This document shows, piece after piece, positions 45,140-54,428 of a DNA stretch of 60,772 nucleotides. The translations under genes and the position numbers were made by a program. The notes under the pieces are model-generated. The model was not told where the DNA came from. It saw nothing but the letters and a program-made list of their open reading frames with translations, and did no database searches. The stretch covers positions 1 to 60,772 of the forward strand of contig CAUWDF010000001.1 in NCBI GenBank assembly GCA_963557245.1, written 5' to 3'. Source of the DNA: an uncultured Bulleidia sp. (GTDB lineage Bacteria; Bacillota_I; Bacilli_A; Erysipelotrichales; Erysipelotrichaceae). Within the stretch, counting starts at the first letter, position 1. The number at the start of each line of letters is the position of its first letter.

Positions 45140-45769
45140 ATGAAAAAAGGGTTATTTATAACATTTGAAGGACCTGACGGAAGTGGTAAGACAACGGTTT
45201 CTACCAAAGTTACCGAACGTTTGAAACAAGAAGGCTATGCCGTCAGTTATACAAGAGAACCAGGTGGTTCTTATATTGCAGAACAAATCCGTAATGTGAT
45301 TTTGGATCCTAAGAATACTGATATGGATCCTCGTACAGAGGCTTTGTTATATGCGGCATCTCGTCGTCAGCATCTAACAGATATTGTATTGCCTCAAATT
45401 GAAAAAGGAGTAACAGTCATATCGGATCGTTTTATTGATTCTTCTCTTGCTTATCAAGGATATGGAAGAGAAATTGGAGAAGAAGAAGTATTTGCTATCA
45501 ATGCGTTTGCAATTGAAGGACATATGCCAGATTGTACGATCTTCTTAAATATTGATGCCGAGCTAGGCTTAGAAAGAATCCATCAGAATCGCGATTATCT
45601 CGATCGTCTTGATTTAGAAAGCAAAGAGTTTCACGATCGCGTTTACAATGGATATCAGAAAGTTATCCAGAAGTATAGCGATCGAATGGTAATCGTGGAT
45701 GCATCGAAAGATCTAGAAGAGGTCTGTGAAGCATGTTACAACATTTTGAAAGGACTATTGGATGATTAA
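45140..45769 (+). CDS. tmk: Thymidylate kinase
   Basis: FITFEGPDGSGKTT, TREPGG, SDRFIDSSLAYQG. Confidence 0.98.
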   Translation: MKKGLFITFEGPDGSGKTTVSTKVTERLKQEGYAVSYTREPGGSYIAEQIRNVILDPKNTDMDPRTEALLYAASRRQHLTDIVLPQIEKGVTVISDRFIDSSLAYQGYGREIGEEEVFAINAFAIEGHMPDCTIFLNIDAELGLERIHQNRDYLDRLDLESKEFHDRVYNGYQKVIQKYSDRMVIVDASKDLEEVCEACYNILKGLLDD

Positions 45770-46775
45770 AGAATTTCTGAAAGATAAGGAACCGATTGTG
45801 TATCATGCCTTACAAAGTGCTATACAAGAAAATCGTATCTCAAGTGCATGGTTATTTACAGGACCGTATGGTACGCCAAAATATGAAGCTGCTATCTTGC
45901 TGGCACAATCGATCTTATGCGAACAGAAGGGTTCTTTAGCCTGTGAAGAATGTAATACATGTAGAAGAGTCAAAGAACATGTCTATGCCGATATGATGGT
46001 ATTGGATGGAAGAGAGAATACTATCTCAAAAGATATGGTCGATGCAATTCAAGAGAAGTTCTCTAAGACGGCACTCGAAAAAAATGGCCAGAAAGTCTAT
46101 ATTATCCGCAATATTGAAAATGCGACAATAGCTGCTCAGAACAGTCTTCTGAAGTTTTTAGAAGAACCAGCAGAAGATGTCACAGCCATCTTAACATCGG
46201 ATAATTGGAATCGCATCTTACCAACGATTGTATCGCGTTGTACGGTATTGCCATTCTTACCGATGCCACAAGAATATTTTATTCAGATGGCAGTAGAAGT
46301 CGGCTTTTCGAAAGAAGAAGCATATCTTGTTTCTCATATTGTAAGAGAAAAAGAGGATCTAGCAAAACTATGGGATGAAGATGCGGATAAGCCATCGATT
46401 TTATATGAACATATTAAGATGATGTTCTGTCAGTTCTTGAATGTAGAAGGAGAAGAGAGTATCTATCTTTCTACTGATTTTGAGACAACCTATCTTTCTT
46501 CTTCGAAAGATAATGCAAAAGCAAAACTGGAGAATCGCATCTTATTATGTTCCTTCTTTGATCTTTTGATTTTATATGCAAAAGATTGTCTGCAAAGAAA
46601 ACAAGAAGGTCCGCTATGGTATCAAAAAGCAGTACAAGCTTCTCATAAAGAAGCTAAGTATTATGCAGATCTGATTCGTATTGCGGCAGAACAGAAAGAT
46701 CTTTGTAATCGATACAATGATCTGAGTCTGGTATTCTATCAGACATTATTTAGATTGGAGGGGTGTAATGCATGA
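45762..46775 (+). CDS. holB: DNA polymerase III delta' subunit
   Basis: Zinc motif CEECNTC, AAQNSLLKFLEEP, LPTIVSRC. Confidence 0.95.
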   Translation: MIKEFLKDKEPIVYHALQSAIQENRISSAWLFTGPYGTPKYEAAILLAQSILCEQKGSLACEECNTCRRVKEHVYADMMVLDGRENTISKDMVDAIQEKFSKTALEKNGQKVYIIRNIENATIAAQNSLLKFLEEPAEDVTAILTSDNWNRILPTIVSRCTVLPFLPMPQEYFIQMAVEVGFSKEEAYLVSHIVREKEDLAKLWDEDADKPSILYEHIKMMFCQFLNVEGEESIYLSTDFETTYLSSSKDNAKAKLENRILLCSFFDLLILYAKDCLQRKQEGPLWYQKAVQASHKEAKYYADLIRIAAEQKDLCNRYNDLSLVFYQTLFRLEGCNA

Positions 46776-47986
46776 GTACGCTCAATGAAAATAACAATGA
46801 AGTGGTCGTGGAAGAAGTGACTACAGAGAAGGAAGAAAAAGTAAATTACCCATATGCTGTAGTAATCAAGTTCCGAGGGGAAGGAAAACCTTATTCTTTT
46901 GGAAGCTTTCAGTCTGACTTTTACAAAGAGGAATGGGCCGTTGTAGAGACGCAACAAGGTCTTGAAATTGGTCAGATTCAGTCTGATGCGATGGATGTTG
47001 CGAAGTATAAGATTCATATGCCTACAAAGCCAGTCATTCGTAAAGCCACATCGAAAGATATGGCAGATTATCGTAACAATATGAAAGCGGAAGAAGAAGA
47101 TTTTAAACTATGTAATAAAGAGATTGAAGATCTGAAGTTAGATATGCATCTATTGAGTGCACAGTATACGTTGGATCGTACAAAGATTCTATTTGTCTAT
47201 GTGGCTGATCAAAGAGTAGACTTCCGTGAACTTTTAAAAAGATTAGGTGCTGTATTACATTGTCGGATTGAGCTTCGTCAGATTGGAGAACGTGATAAGG
47301 CTAAGATTGTTGGTGGCATGGGAATGTGTGGCATGGAATGTTGCTGTTCTCGATTTAAGTCTCATTTTGATGTTATTTCAATCAATATGGCAAAGAATCA
47401 GTTGCTTGCTTTAAATACAGAGAAGTTATCTGGTATGTGTGGTAAGTTGAAGTGCTGTCTGAAATATGAAGATGATCTCTATAAAGAATTGACTGATGGT
47501 CTGCCAAAGATGGGATCACAGGTTGAATATGAAGGAGAAATCTATCGTATTACAAATATGAATGTGATGTCTCGTGAGGCTAAGTTAGAGAACCGTGAAT
47601 CGGTCATCTTTTTATCCTTAGAGGATTTACGTACAAAGGCAATTCCTCGTAAAGGTGTCGTTGTAAAACCAAAACCGGGTGAAGATCCAAAGAAACATGT
47701 TAAGAAAACAGTTCATAATACATTACATGAAGAGCCTGCGAAGACAACTCATGTTGACTATGAACTACAGCCAACCAAACCAGAGGTTAAGAAAGAAGTA
47801 CGTTCTTTTGGTTCTAAGAAAAAGAAAGTTGCCAATACCGAACCGACAAATGCTCCTAAGAAGCATGCTCCAAATCCGAACCGTAATCGTTCGCAAAAGC
47901 CAAAGGAGTCAAAACCAACTCCACCAGCTAAGAATGTAACGGTCCGTACATTTGGACGTAAGAAAAAAGATGGTGAGACAAAGTGA
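46772..47986 (+). CDS. ricT: PSP1-domain protein RicT/YaaT with long basic C-terminal tail
   Basis: RVDFRELLK, RIELRQIG, GMCGMECCC, LSGMCGKLKCCLKYE. Confidence 0.93.
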   Translation: MSTLNENNNEVVVEEVTTEKEEKVNYPYAVVIKFRGEGKPYSFGSFQSDFYKEEWAVVETQQGLEIGQIQSDAMDVAKYKIHMPTKPVIRKATSKDMADYRNNMKAEEEDFKLCNKEIEDLKLDMHLLSAQYTLDRTKILFVYVADQRVDFRELLKRLGAVLHCRIELRQIGERDKAKIVGGMGMCGMECCCSRFKSHFDVISINMAKNQLLALNTEKLSGMCGKLKCCLKYEDDLYKELTDGLPKMGSQVEYEGEIYRITNMNVMSREAKLENRESVIFLSLEDLRTKAIPRKGVVVKPKPGEDPKKHVKKTVHNTLHEEPAKTTHVDYELQPTKPEVKKEVRSFGSKKKKVANTEPTNAPKKHAPNPNRNRSQKPKESKPTPPAKNVTVRTFGRKKKDGETK

Positions 47987-48843
47987 ATAGACAGAAATCA
48001 TTTGAAGGAAATATACCATCCTTATATTTAGTACCGACACCAATTGGTAACTTATCCGAAATGTCACCAAGAGCGATTGAGATTTTGCAAGGTGTCGATG
48101 TGATTGCTTGTGAAGATACGCGTACAAGTGGTAGTCTGTTACGTCATTTTGGAATTTCGAAGCGTTTGATTGCGTATCATAACTTTAATGAAGAGACAAG
48201 TTCGAAGGGAATTCTCTCTTTATTAGAAGAAGGAAAGAATGTCGCATTGATATCGGATGCGGGTTATCCATTGATCAATGATCCAGGACAGAGAATTGTG
48301 CTAGATGCCACAGAAGCAGGCTATCCAGTCATTCCTGTATCTGGACCGAGTGCTTTCTTAAATGCTTTAGTTGCGTCTGGGCTCATTGCTCAACCATTTA
48401 TCTTTGTTGGTTTCTTACCACAGTCCAATCATGATCGTGAGAAGAAGCTACAAGAATATGTCAAATATCCGATGACAATGGTTTTTTATGAAGCACCACA
48501 TCGTATTGAGAAGATGTTACAGAGCTGCTTAAAAGTATTTGGAGATCGACATTGTGTCTTAGCACGTGAATTAACAAAAGTACATGAAGAGTTCATTCGT
48601 GGCACAATCTCGGAGATTCTTCCTGAACTGCCAACTCTGAAAGGAGAGATGGTCATTGTTATGGAAGGCTGTACCGAAAATTCTGAAGAAGAGGTGGATA
48701 TGGAGGCGGTATTAAATCGTATTCAGGAGTCCATTGCATCTGGTATCTCTGCTCGGGATGCGATTCGTCAAGCGGCGAAAGAAACAGGAATTGCTAAAAA
48801 TGTTCTCTATGATATGGTTCATAGTTCAGAACGTAGTGAATGA
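47983..48843 (+). CDS. rsmI: 16S rRNA Cm1402 methyltransferase
   Basis: LYLVPTPIGNL, ACEDTR, ISDAGYP, YEAPHR. Confidence 0.97.
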   Translation: MNRQKSFEGNIPSLYLVPTPIGNLSEMSPRAIEILQGVDVIACEDTRTSGSLLRHFGISKRLIAYHNFNEETSSKGILSLLEEGKNVALISDAGYPLINDPGQRIVLDATEAGYPVIPVSGPSAFLNALVASGLIAQPFIFVGFLPQSNHDREKKLQEYVKYPMTMVFYEAPHRIEKMLQSCLKVFGDRHCVLARELTKVHEEFIRGTISEILPELPTLKGEMVIVMEGCTENSEEEVDMEAVLNRIQESIASGISARDAIRQAAKETGIAKNVLYDMVHSSERSE

Positions 48844-48905
48844 TACATAGCGAAAATATTTATTTGGTTGTATACTCATTTTGTAAAGTTTGAAAGGAGA
48901 TCATC

Positions 48906-49568
48906 ATGTTTGACGATCCTGTAATTTCTAAATTAATTATTTTTGCATTACTTGGACTGGTTGCAGTTCTTGGTATTGCCGTCATTGTATTAGCAGTTAA
49001 GAAAAATACATATTATGTAAATGACGATGGCTCTGAAATTAAAGCCATGACAAAAGAAGAAGCACTTCGAGAAGCACAGCGATTAGACGCAGCAGCGGCA
49101 GCTCCGGTATCCAATCCAGCTCCATCTATGCCAGTACCACCAACAGATGTTCCTATGCATAACATCCAGGCAGATACAATGGAAAATACAGTAATGCCAA
49201 AAGCTGATTCCATTCCACAGGATGGTACATTAGAAGTTCCTATGGCAGTTAGACCCGCTCATGTAGCAGGTCTCGATATTACTGTTATTGTGAATGGAAA
49301 TGCTAAGAAAGTATCGATTACAAGCTTCCCTTGTCTAATTGGAAGAGAGAGTACAAGTTGTGGTCTTGTGATTCCAGAACCAGCTGTTTCTAGAAGACAT
49401 GCAAGTTTCTTAACAGAAAGTGGAGTATTATATATTGAGGATGTATCCGAACATAATGGAACATTTGTGAACGGTGTAAAATTACCACCTCTAGGTAAGG
49501 CAAAACTTCATAGTGGCGACCGTGTCAATCTTGGAAGAGCTGAGATCCTAATCGATAGAATTTACTGA
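48906..49568 (+). CDS. Membrane-anchored FHA-domain protein
   Basis: N-terminal TM helix, Pro/Ala linker, FHA motifs IGR, VSRRHA and SEHNGTFVNG. Confidence 0.92.
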   Translation: MFDDPVISKLIIFALLGLVAVLGIAVIVLAVKKNTYYVNDDGSEIKAMTKEEALREAQRLDAAAAAPVSNPAPSMPVPPTDVPMHNIQADTMENTVMPKADSIPQDGTLEVPMAVRPAHVAGLDITVIVNGNAKKVSITSFPCLIGRESTSCGLVIPEPAVSRRHASFLTESGVLYIEDVSEHNGTFVNGVKLPPLGKAKLHSGDRVNLGRAEILIDRIY

Positions 49569-49572
49569 TCAT

Positions 49573-49597
49573 AAGATGCCAGCTAGGCATCTTTTTT
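49573..49597 (+). terminator. Intrinsic terminator
   Basis: AAGATGCC/GGCATCTT plus T tract. Confidence 0.8.
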
Positions 49598-49611
49598 GTA
49601 AAGGATAATAT

Positions 49612-51363
49612 ATGAAATGTAAGTGTTGTGGGTATGAAAATGAAGAGGATGCCAAATATTGTATTCATTGTGGTGAACCTCTTCAGGATCCAATTGTAAA
49701 AGATATAGAGAATCTGATTGATCTTGCAGAAGCGTATACAGCGAATCGTGCTGCCGCAAAAGAAATCGTTCAAAAGACCGAACATACGCAAGAGGCTGTT
49801 CGTAAAGCCTGTATGCAGTGGATTCAAGAAAGAGAGACACTCTTTGATTCGATTCCTGTGGTGGACGAGGATGTACCAGTACTATCGGAATTGCATGATT
49901 ATACAGAATGTTTAAAGAATCTGACATATGAAGAACGTATCATTGCTCTGTTGCATTGTGTAGAAGGACGTACGGTGGAAGAAATCGCAGTCATTCTTTC
50001 GTTGCGTCCAAAAGATGTACAGGCGTATTTACAAGAAGCTTTTCGAAAACAGCCAAAAGAATCTTCGAACAAAGAAGTCAAAGATACAAAAGAGATGGTA
50101 CATGATCCAGCTCCTTCCGACCAAGAACAGAAGAAAGCCGATAAACGTTTCTTACGTTTCTGTTTGATATCGGTTATCGTAATCTTTTTAGGCATCTTCT
50201 TTGGGGTTAGAAGTTATGCTGGCCAAGAGTATGACAAAGGTTCTACCGCTCTGCATGATCAGAAATATGAAGAAGCGATTGGACCATTAAAGAATGCTTC
50301 CCGCTTCCATATTGGAAAAGATACTACCTTAAAGCTTGGAAATGCTTATTACGGAGATAAACAGTATGAAAAGGCTCTCGAACAATATGAGAAATATTAT
50401 GCCGATAATCCAGATAGTACAGAGATCACAGATCATTTGATTGAAGTCTATGACCTTCTAGCCGATAAAGCGTTGGCATCGGAAGATCGGAAAAAAGCAG
50501 AATCCTATTTGAAGAAAGAGTTTGATTTAAATCATAATGATTATACGTATATTCGTCTGAATGCAGTAAAAGAGGAATCGGGTACGTATACGGATGAAGA
50601 GGGTATCGTCTATAACATGTATGCTCTACCAATTCATATCACTTGTTCCGATGGAGCAGGTGAAAAGTTATATGGTGTGGATATTACGTATGATGAAAAT
50701 GGTCACTTTGCAAATATGGAAGGCTACCAACAGAAAGGTGGAAGGATTACCGCCATTTCCTCTTTCTCTCATGCGGATGATGAGAAGTATCGTATCTCAT
50801 GGTTATTACAACCTGGACAACCTTTGAGCTTTACTTCTGAGATTGATACCTATCAAGATGGTCTTCTTTCTTCTCGTAAATTACGTACACCGACCGATAT
50901 TACAGGTTCTGCTTATATGTATGAGAAAGATGCAGATGGAAAGGTACAGACGGCTACTTATAAAGTAGTAGATACTGTGATTCAAGATACGTATCATTAT
51001 AAAGAGAATCGTCTTCAAGGTATTACGCGTAATGAGAATGGAGAAGATTACGATATAACATATGTATATGATAATAAATTACATACAGAAACACATATAA
51101 CAGATAATAAAGGGAATGAGATTGGTTCTGTTATGATGCAATATGATAAGAAAGGTCATATGACAGATGTAACGGAGAAGCATACACAGAAGTTAGTAGA
51201 AGATAAAGATCCATTCTGTTCGGATCGTTATATTAATCTTACGTATACAAAAGATGGTGATCCATTCCGTATGGTCATTCGTAATACAGAGAACCAGATT
51301 GTTGCGAAGGGTATCTATGTACCAGATAATGGTTGGGTCATTACTTATAATGCATATGAATAG
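49612..51363 (+). CDS. Zinc-ribbon + ECF-sigma-like (region 2/4) + TM + TPR + YD-repeat-like fusion protein
   Basis: CKCCG..CIHCG; LTYEERIIALLHCVEGRTVEEIAVIL (sigma4 HTH); TM helix; TPR LGNAYYGDKQYEKALEQYEK; repeated YxYD turns. Confidence 0.7.
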   Translation: MKCKCCGYENEEDAKYCIHCGEPLQDPIVKDIENLIDLAEAYTANRAAAKEIVQKTEHTQEAVRKACMQWIQERETLFDSIPVVDEDVPVLSELHDYTECLKNLTYEERIIALLHCVEGRTVEEIAVILSLRPKDVQAYLQEAFRKQPKESSNKEVKDTKEMVHDPAPSDQEQKKADKRFLRFCLISVIVIFLGIFFGVRSYAGQEYDKGSTALHDQKYEEAIGPLKNASRFHIGKDTTLKLGNAYYGDKQYEKALEQYEKYYADNPDSTEITDHLIEVYDLLADKALASEDRKKAESYLKKEFDLNHNDYTYIRLNAVKEESGTYTDEEGIVYNMYALPIHITCSDGAGEKLYGVDITYDENGHFANMEGYQQKGGRITAISSFSHADDEKYRISWLLQPGQPLSFTSEIDTYQDGLLSSRKLRTPTDITGSAYMYEKDADGKVQTATYKVVDTVIQDTYHYKENRLQGITRNENGEDYDITYVYDNKLHTETHITDNKGNEIGSVMMQYDKKGHMTDVTEKHTQKLVEDKDPFCSDRYINLTYTKDGDPFRMVIRNTENQIVAKGIYVPDNGWVITYNAYE

Positions 51364-51390
51364 AGATAGGATGTCCTATCTCTTTCTTTT
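51362..51390 (+). terminator. Intrinsic terminator
   Basis: AGAGATAGGA/TCCTATCTCT plus T-rich tract. Confidence 0.8.
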
Positions 51391-51515
51391 GAAAGAAAAA
51401 TGAAAATATTTTCTTTTGTTTTAAATTAAAAAATGAAAATAATGAAATATAATTCAGAATGTCCATCTTTATGAAATGAAATATGATAAGGTAATAGAGA
51501 AATGGAGAACAATGA

Positions 51516-54404
51516 ATGAAAATCAATGATATAGTACATGGATTTCAAATTTTAAATATAAGAGAACTACCAGATACACATGGCACTCTTTATGAGATGA
51601 AACACGTAAAAACAGGTGCACAGTTAATCTGGCATGCTCGCAAAGATGATAACAAGACATTTGCTATCACATTTAAGACAATTCCATCCGATGATACAGG
51701 TGTATTCCATATTTTGGAACACTCTGTACTGAATGGATCTGCGAAATATCCAGTAAGAGAACCTTTCGTGGAATTATTGAAAGGTAGTATGCAGACCTTC
51801 TTAAATGCTTTTACATACCCAGATAAGACAATGTATCCGGTCTCTTCACGTAATGAAAAAGATTTTATGAATCTGATGTCGGTTTATATGGATGCTGTAT
51901 TCCATCCGGCTATTTATACAAATCCAAATATCTTCTATCAGGAAGGTTGGCATTATGAGATTCGTGAGAAAGAGGCAGACCCAGTCTATAAAGGTGTTGT
52001 ACTAAATGAGATGAAGGGTGCTTTCTCTTCTGTTGATGAAAGTATTGTCGATGAATTAAATCGTATGTTATTCGCAGATAACTGTTATCAATATGTATCT
52101 GGAGGAGATCCTGCATTTATCACAGATTTATCCTATGAACAGTTCCTTGCTACACATAAGAAGTTCTATCATCCTTCGAACGCACGTGTGTGGTTAGATG
52201 GAGATATTGAGATACGTAAAGTATTGGAATTCTTAGATGAAGAATACTTCTCAAAGTATGAGAAAGAAGATTTTGACTTTACCATTCCAATGCAGGAAGT
52301 AACACCTTCTTGTACACATGAGATTACTTATGAACTCGCTCCTGGAGATGCCGAAGAAGATCGTACACAGATTGCAATTGCGAAGATCGTATCTTCTTTT
52401 GACAATATTGAAAAGAATCTTGCTTGGGCAGCACTATCCAATATGCTCGTTGCGAATAACGAATCTCCACTGAAGAAGAGTTTTATTGAGAAAGGTCTTT
52501 GTGAAGATGTTGAACTAGAACTGTACGATGGTATTCAACAACCTTGGGCAGTCCTCGTCTTACGTAATACAGATCGATCCAAATTCGATGTTTTAAAAGA
52601 AGAATTAAAGATGGTTTCGGATTCGTTATTACACAATGGAATCGATCATGAACAGATTATTGCGACAATCAACCAGATGGAATTCCGTTATCGTGAGAAA
52701 CATGAACCAGCAGGTCTCATGTATGGCCAGCGTGCTATGGAAGCGTGGTTATATGATGGTGATCCAGCGCAGAATCTGAATATAGGATCGGTATTTGATT
52801 CTTTACGTGCTAAGGTTGAAGAAGGATATTATGAAAAGCTCTGGGAAGAGTTTTTATGCGGCGGTAACTTGAAGACGGTCATTGCGGTACCTTCTAAGAC
52901 TTTAGGGGCAGAAAGACAGCAGAAAGAAGAACAGAAGCTTCTTGCAAAGAAGAAAGAATGGGGCGATACCATTTCTTCTTATATTGCTTTGAATGAGAAG
53001 TTAGATGTTTGGCAAGCTACTCCAGATACCCCAGAACAGTTAGCTACTTTACCAAGACTCTCTTTATCCGATATTTCAGAGAAGCCATTCCGTCTTTATA
53101 CAGAAGAACGGAATAGTAATGGCATTCCTATCTATTTACATCCAGTGGAAGATACAGGTATTGTTTACTTTACGTTATTCTTCTCTTTAGGTGGTGTGAC
53201 AGCCGATATGTTACCAAGTGTCGGTCTTTGGAGTTATTTATTTACAAACTTACCAACAAAGGAACATACTGTTGAACAGTTACAGGGCGCCATCCGTAAA
53301 GATATCGGTCTTTTGAATTTCTTTGTCGATGCCTATACACCAACAGGAGAAAGAGAATCTTGTATTCCGGTGATAGGGGTCACTTGTTCTGTATTAAAAC
53401 AGAATATGAAGAAAGCTATCGATCTGATTCAGGAAATTCTATATGATACCGTCTTTGAACCAGATGCGATTCTTTCTTTACTGAAACAAGATAATGAAGA
53501 TTTCCGACAGGGCATGATTGCAAATGGACATAATCTTGCGATGCGTCGTACGGCTGCTCACTATAGTGCAGAAGGGGTATTCCGTGAAATGGTTGGCGGT
53601 TATGCCTCGGGTCTATATGAAAAGAGATTGGAAGAACATTATGAGGAAGAAAAAAATCAGCTCATGCAGGACTTCCAGTTATATAGTGATGTCATCTTTG
53701 TGAAAGAACGTATGACAGCGTCTGTAACCGGAGAAGAAAATCTTCCTCTGTTAGAAGAATTAATGAGTCATATTCATTCTGGAGAAGGAATGCGTGCCAA
53801 GATGCGCTATCCATTCTTAAAAGATAAAAAAGAATATTTGGTCATTCCAGGTGGAGTTTCTTATTCATCCTGTGGGAATAATGTATTTGATCTTGGAGCG
53901 ACAGTCGATCCGCGTATGAATGTTGTCTCTCATTTACTGACATATGACTACCTGTGGTCAGAAGTCCGTGTAAAGGGAGGAGCCTATGGAACAGGTTTTA
54001 CATTCAGTGCGACTGGTACAATGCAAACGTATTCGTATCGTGATCCTGATACGAACAATGCCTTGCAGGCGTACCGTAGCGCCGGTGCCCATCTGAAAGA
54101 TCTTTCCAAAGATACTTCGTTTGATCTAACACAGATGATTATTGGTAGTCTTGCAAGTGGAGAACCTCTCTTATCTCCTGCAGCTGCCGTTCGTCTTGCG
54201 GATGTTTGGCAATTCCGAGGCGTCACATATGAACAACGCTGTATGAATAGACAGCTCATCTTACAGATGACAACAGAACAGTTAGGGGAGTTCTCAGATC
54301 TTCTGTCAAGAGGAATGGCTGAAGGTGCTGTCTGCATCATTGGCAGCGAAGAAAATTGTAAGCATCTATCAGAGGAGGGTTATACAGAGCTCGAGCACCT
54401 TTGA
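51516..54404 (+). CDS. M16C insulinase-family (presequence protease-like) metallopeptidase
   Basis: HILEH inverted zinc motif, FLNAFTYPD, RVKGGAYG. Confidence 0.95.
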   Translation: MKINDIVHGFQILNIRELPDTHGTLYEMKHVKTGAQLIWHARKDDNKTFAITFKTIPSDDTGVFHILEHSVLNGSAKYPVREPFVELLKGSMQTFLNAFTYPDKTMYPVSSRNEKDFMNLMSVYMDAVFHPAIYTNPNIFYQEGWHYEIREKEADPVYKGVVLNEMKGAFSSVDESIVDELNRMLFADNCYQYVSGGDPAFITDLSYEQFLATHKKFYHPSNARVWLDGDIEIRKVLEFLDEEYFSKYEKEDFDFTIPMQEVTPSCTHEITYELAPGDAEEDRTQIAIAKIVSSFDNIEKNLAWAALSNMLVANNESPLKKSFIEKGLCEDVELELYDGIQQPWAVLVLRNTDRSKFDVLKEELKMVSDSLLHNGIDHEQIIATINQMEFRYREKHEPAGLMYGQRAMEAWLYDGDPAQNLNIGSVFDSLRAKVEEGYYEKLWEEFLCGGNLKTVIAVPSKTLGAERQQKEEQKLLAKKKEWGDTISSYIALNEKLDVWQATPDTPEQLATLPRLSLSDISEKPFRLYTEERNSNGIPIYLHPVEDTGIVYFTLFFSLGGVTADMLPSVGLWSYLFTNLPTKEHTVEQLQGAIRKDIGLLNFFVDAYTPTGERESCIPVIGVTCSVLKQNMKKAIDLIQEILYDTVFEPDAILSLLKQDNEDFRQGMIANGHNLAMRRTAAHYSAEGVFREMVGGYASGLYEKRLEEHYEEEKNQLMQDFQLYSDVIFVKERMTASVTGEENLPLLEELMSHIHSGEGMRAKMRYPFLKDKKEYLVIPGGVSYSSCGNNVFDLGATVDPRMNVVSHLLTYDYLWSEVRVKGGAYGTGFTFSATGTMQTYSYRDPDTNNALQAYRSAGAHLKDLSKDTSFDLTQMIIGSLASGEPLLSPAAAVRLADVWQFRGVTYEQRCMNRQLILQMTTEQLGEFSDLLSRGMAEGAVCIIGSEENCKHLSEEGYTELEHL

Positions 54405-54428
54405 TAGATTCTTCTCAGAAAGGAATTT

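Noticed and set aside
50600-51363. YD-like repeats as an Rhs toxin
   Set aside because: Too short, with no Rhs core or DPxG cleavage motif and no toxin tip or immunity gene; more likely a sensor domain.
51395-51485. Repeated ATGAAA motifs upstream of the M16 peptidase
   Set aside because: Very AT-rich context with irregular spacing; cannot be distinguished from chance.
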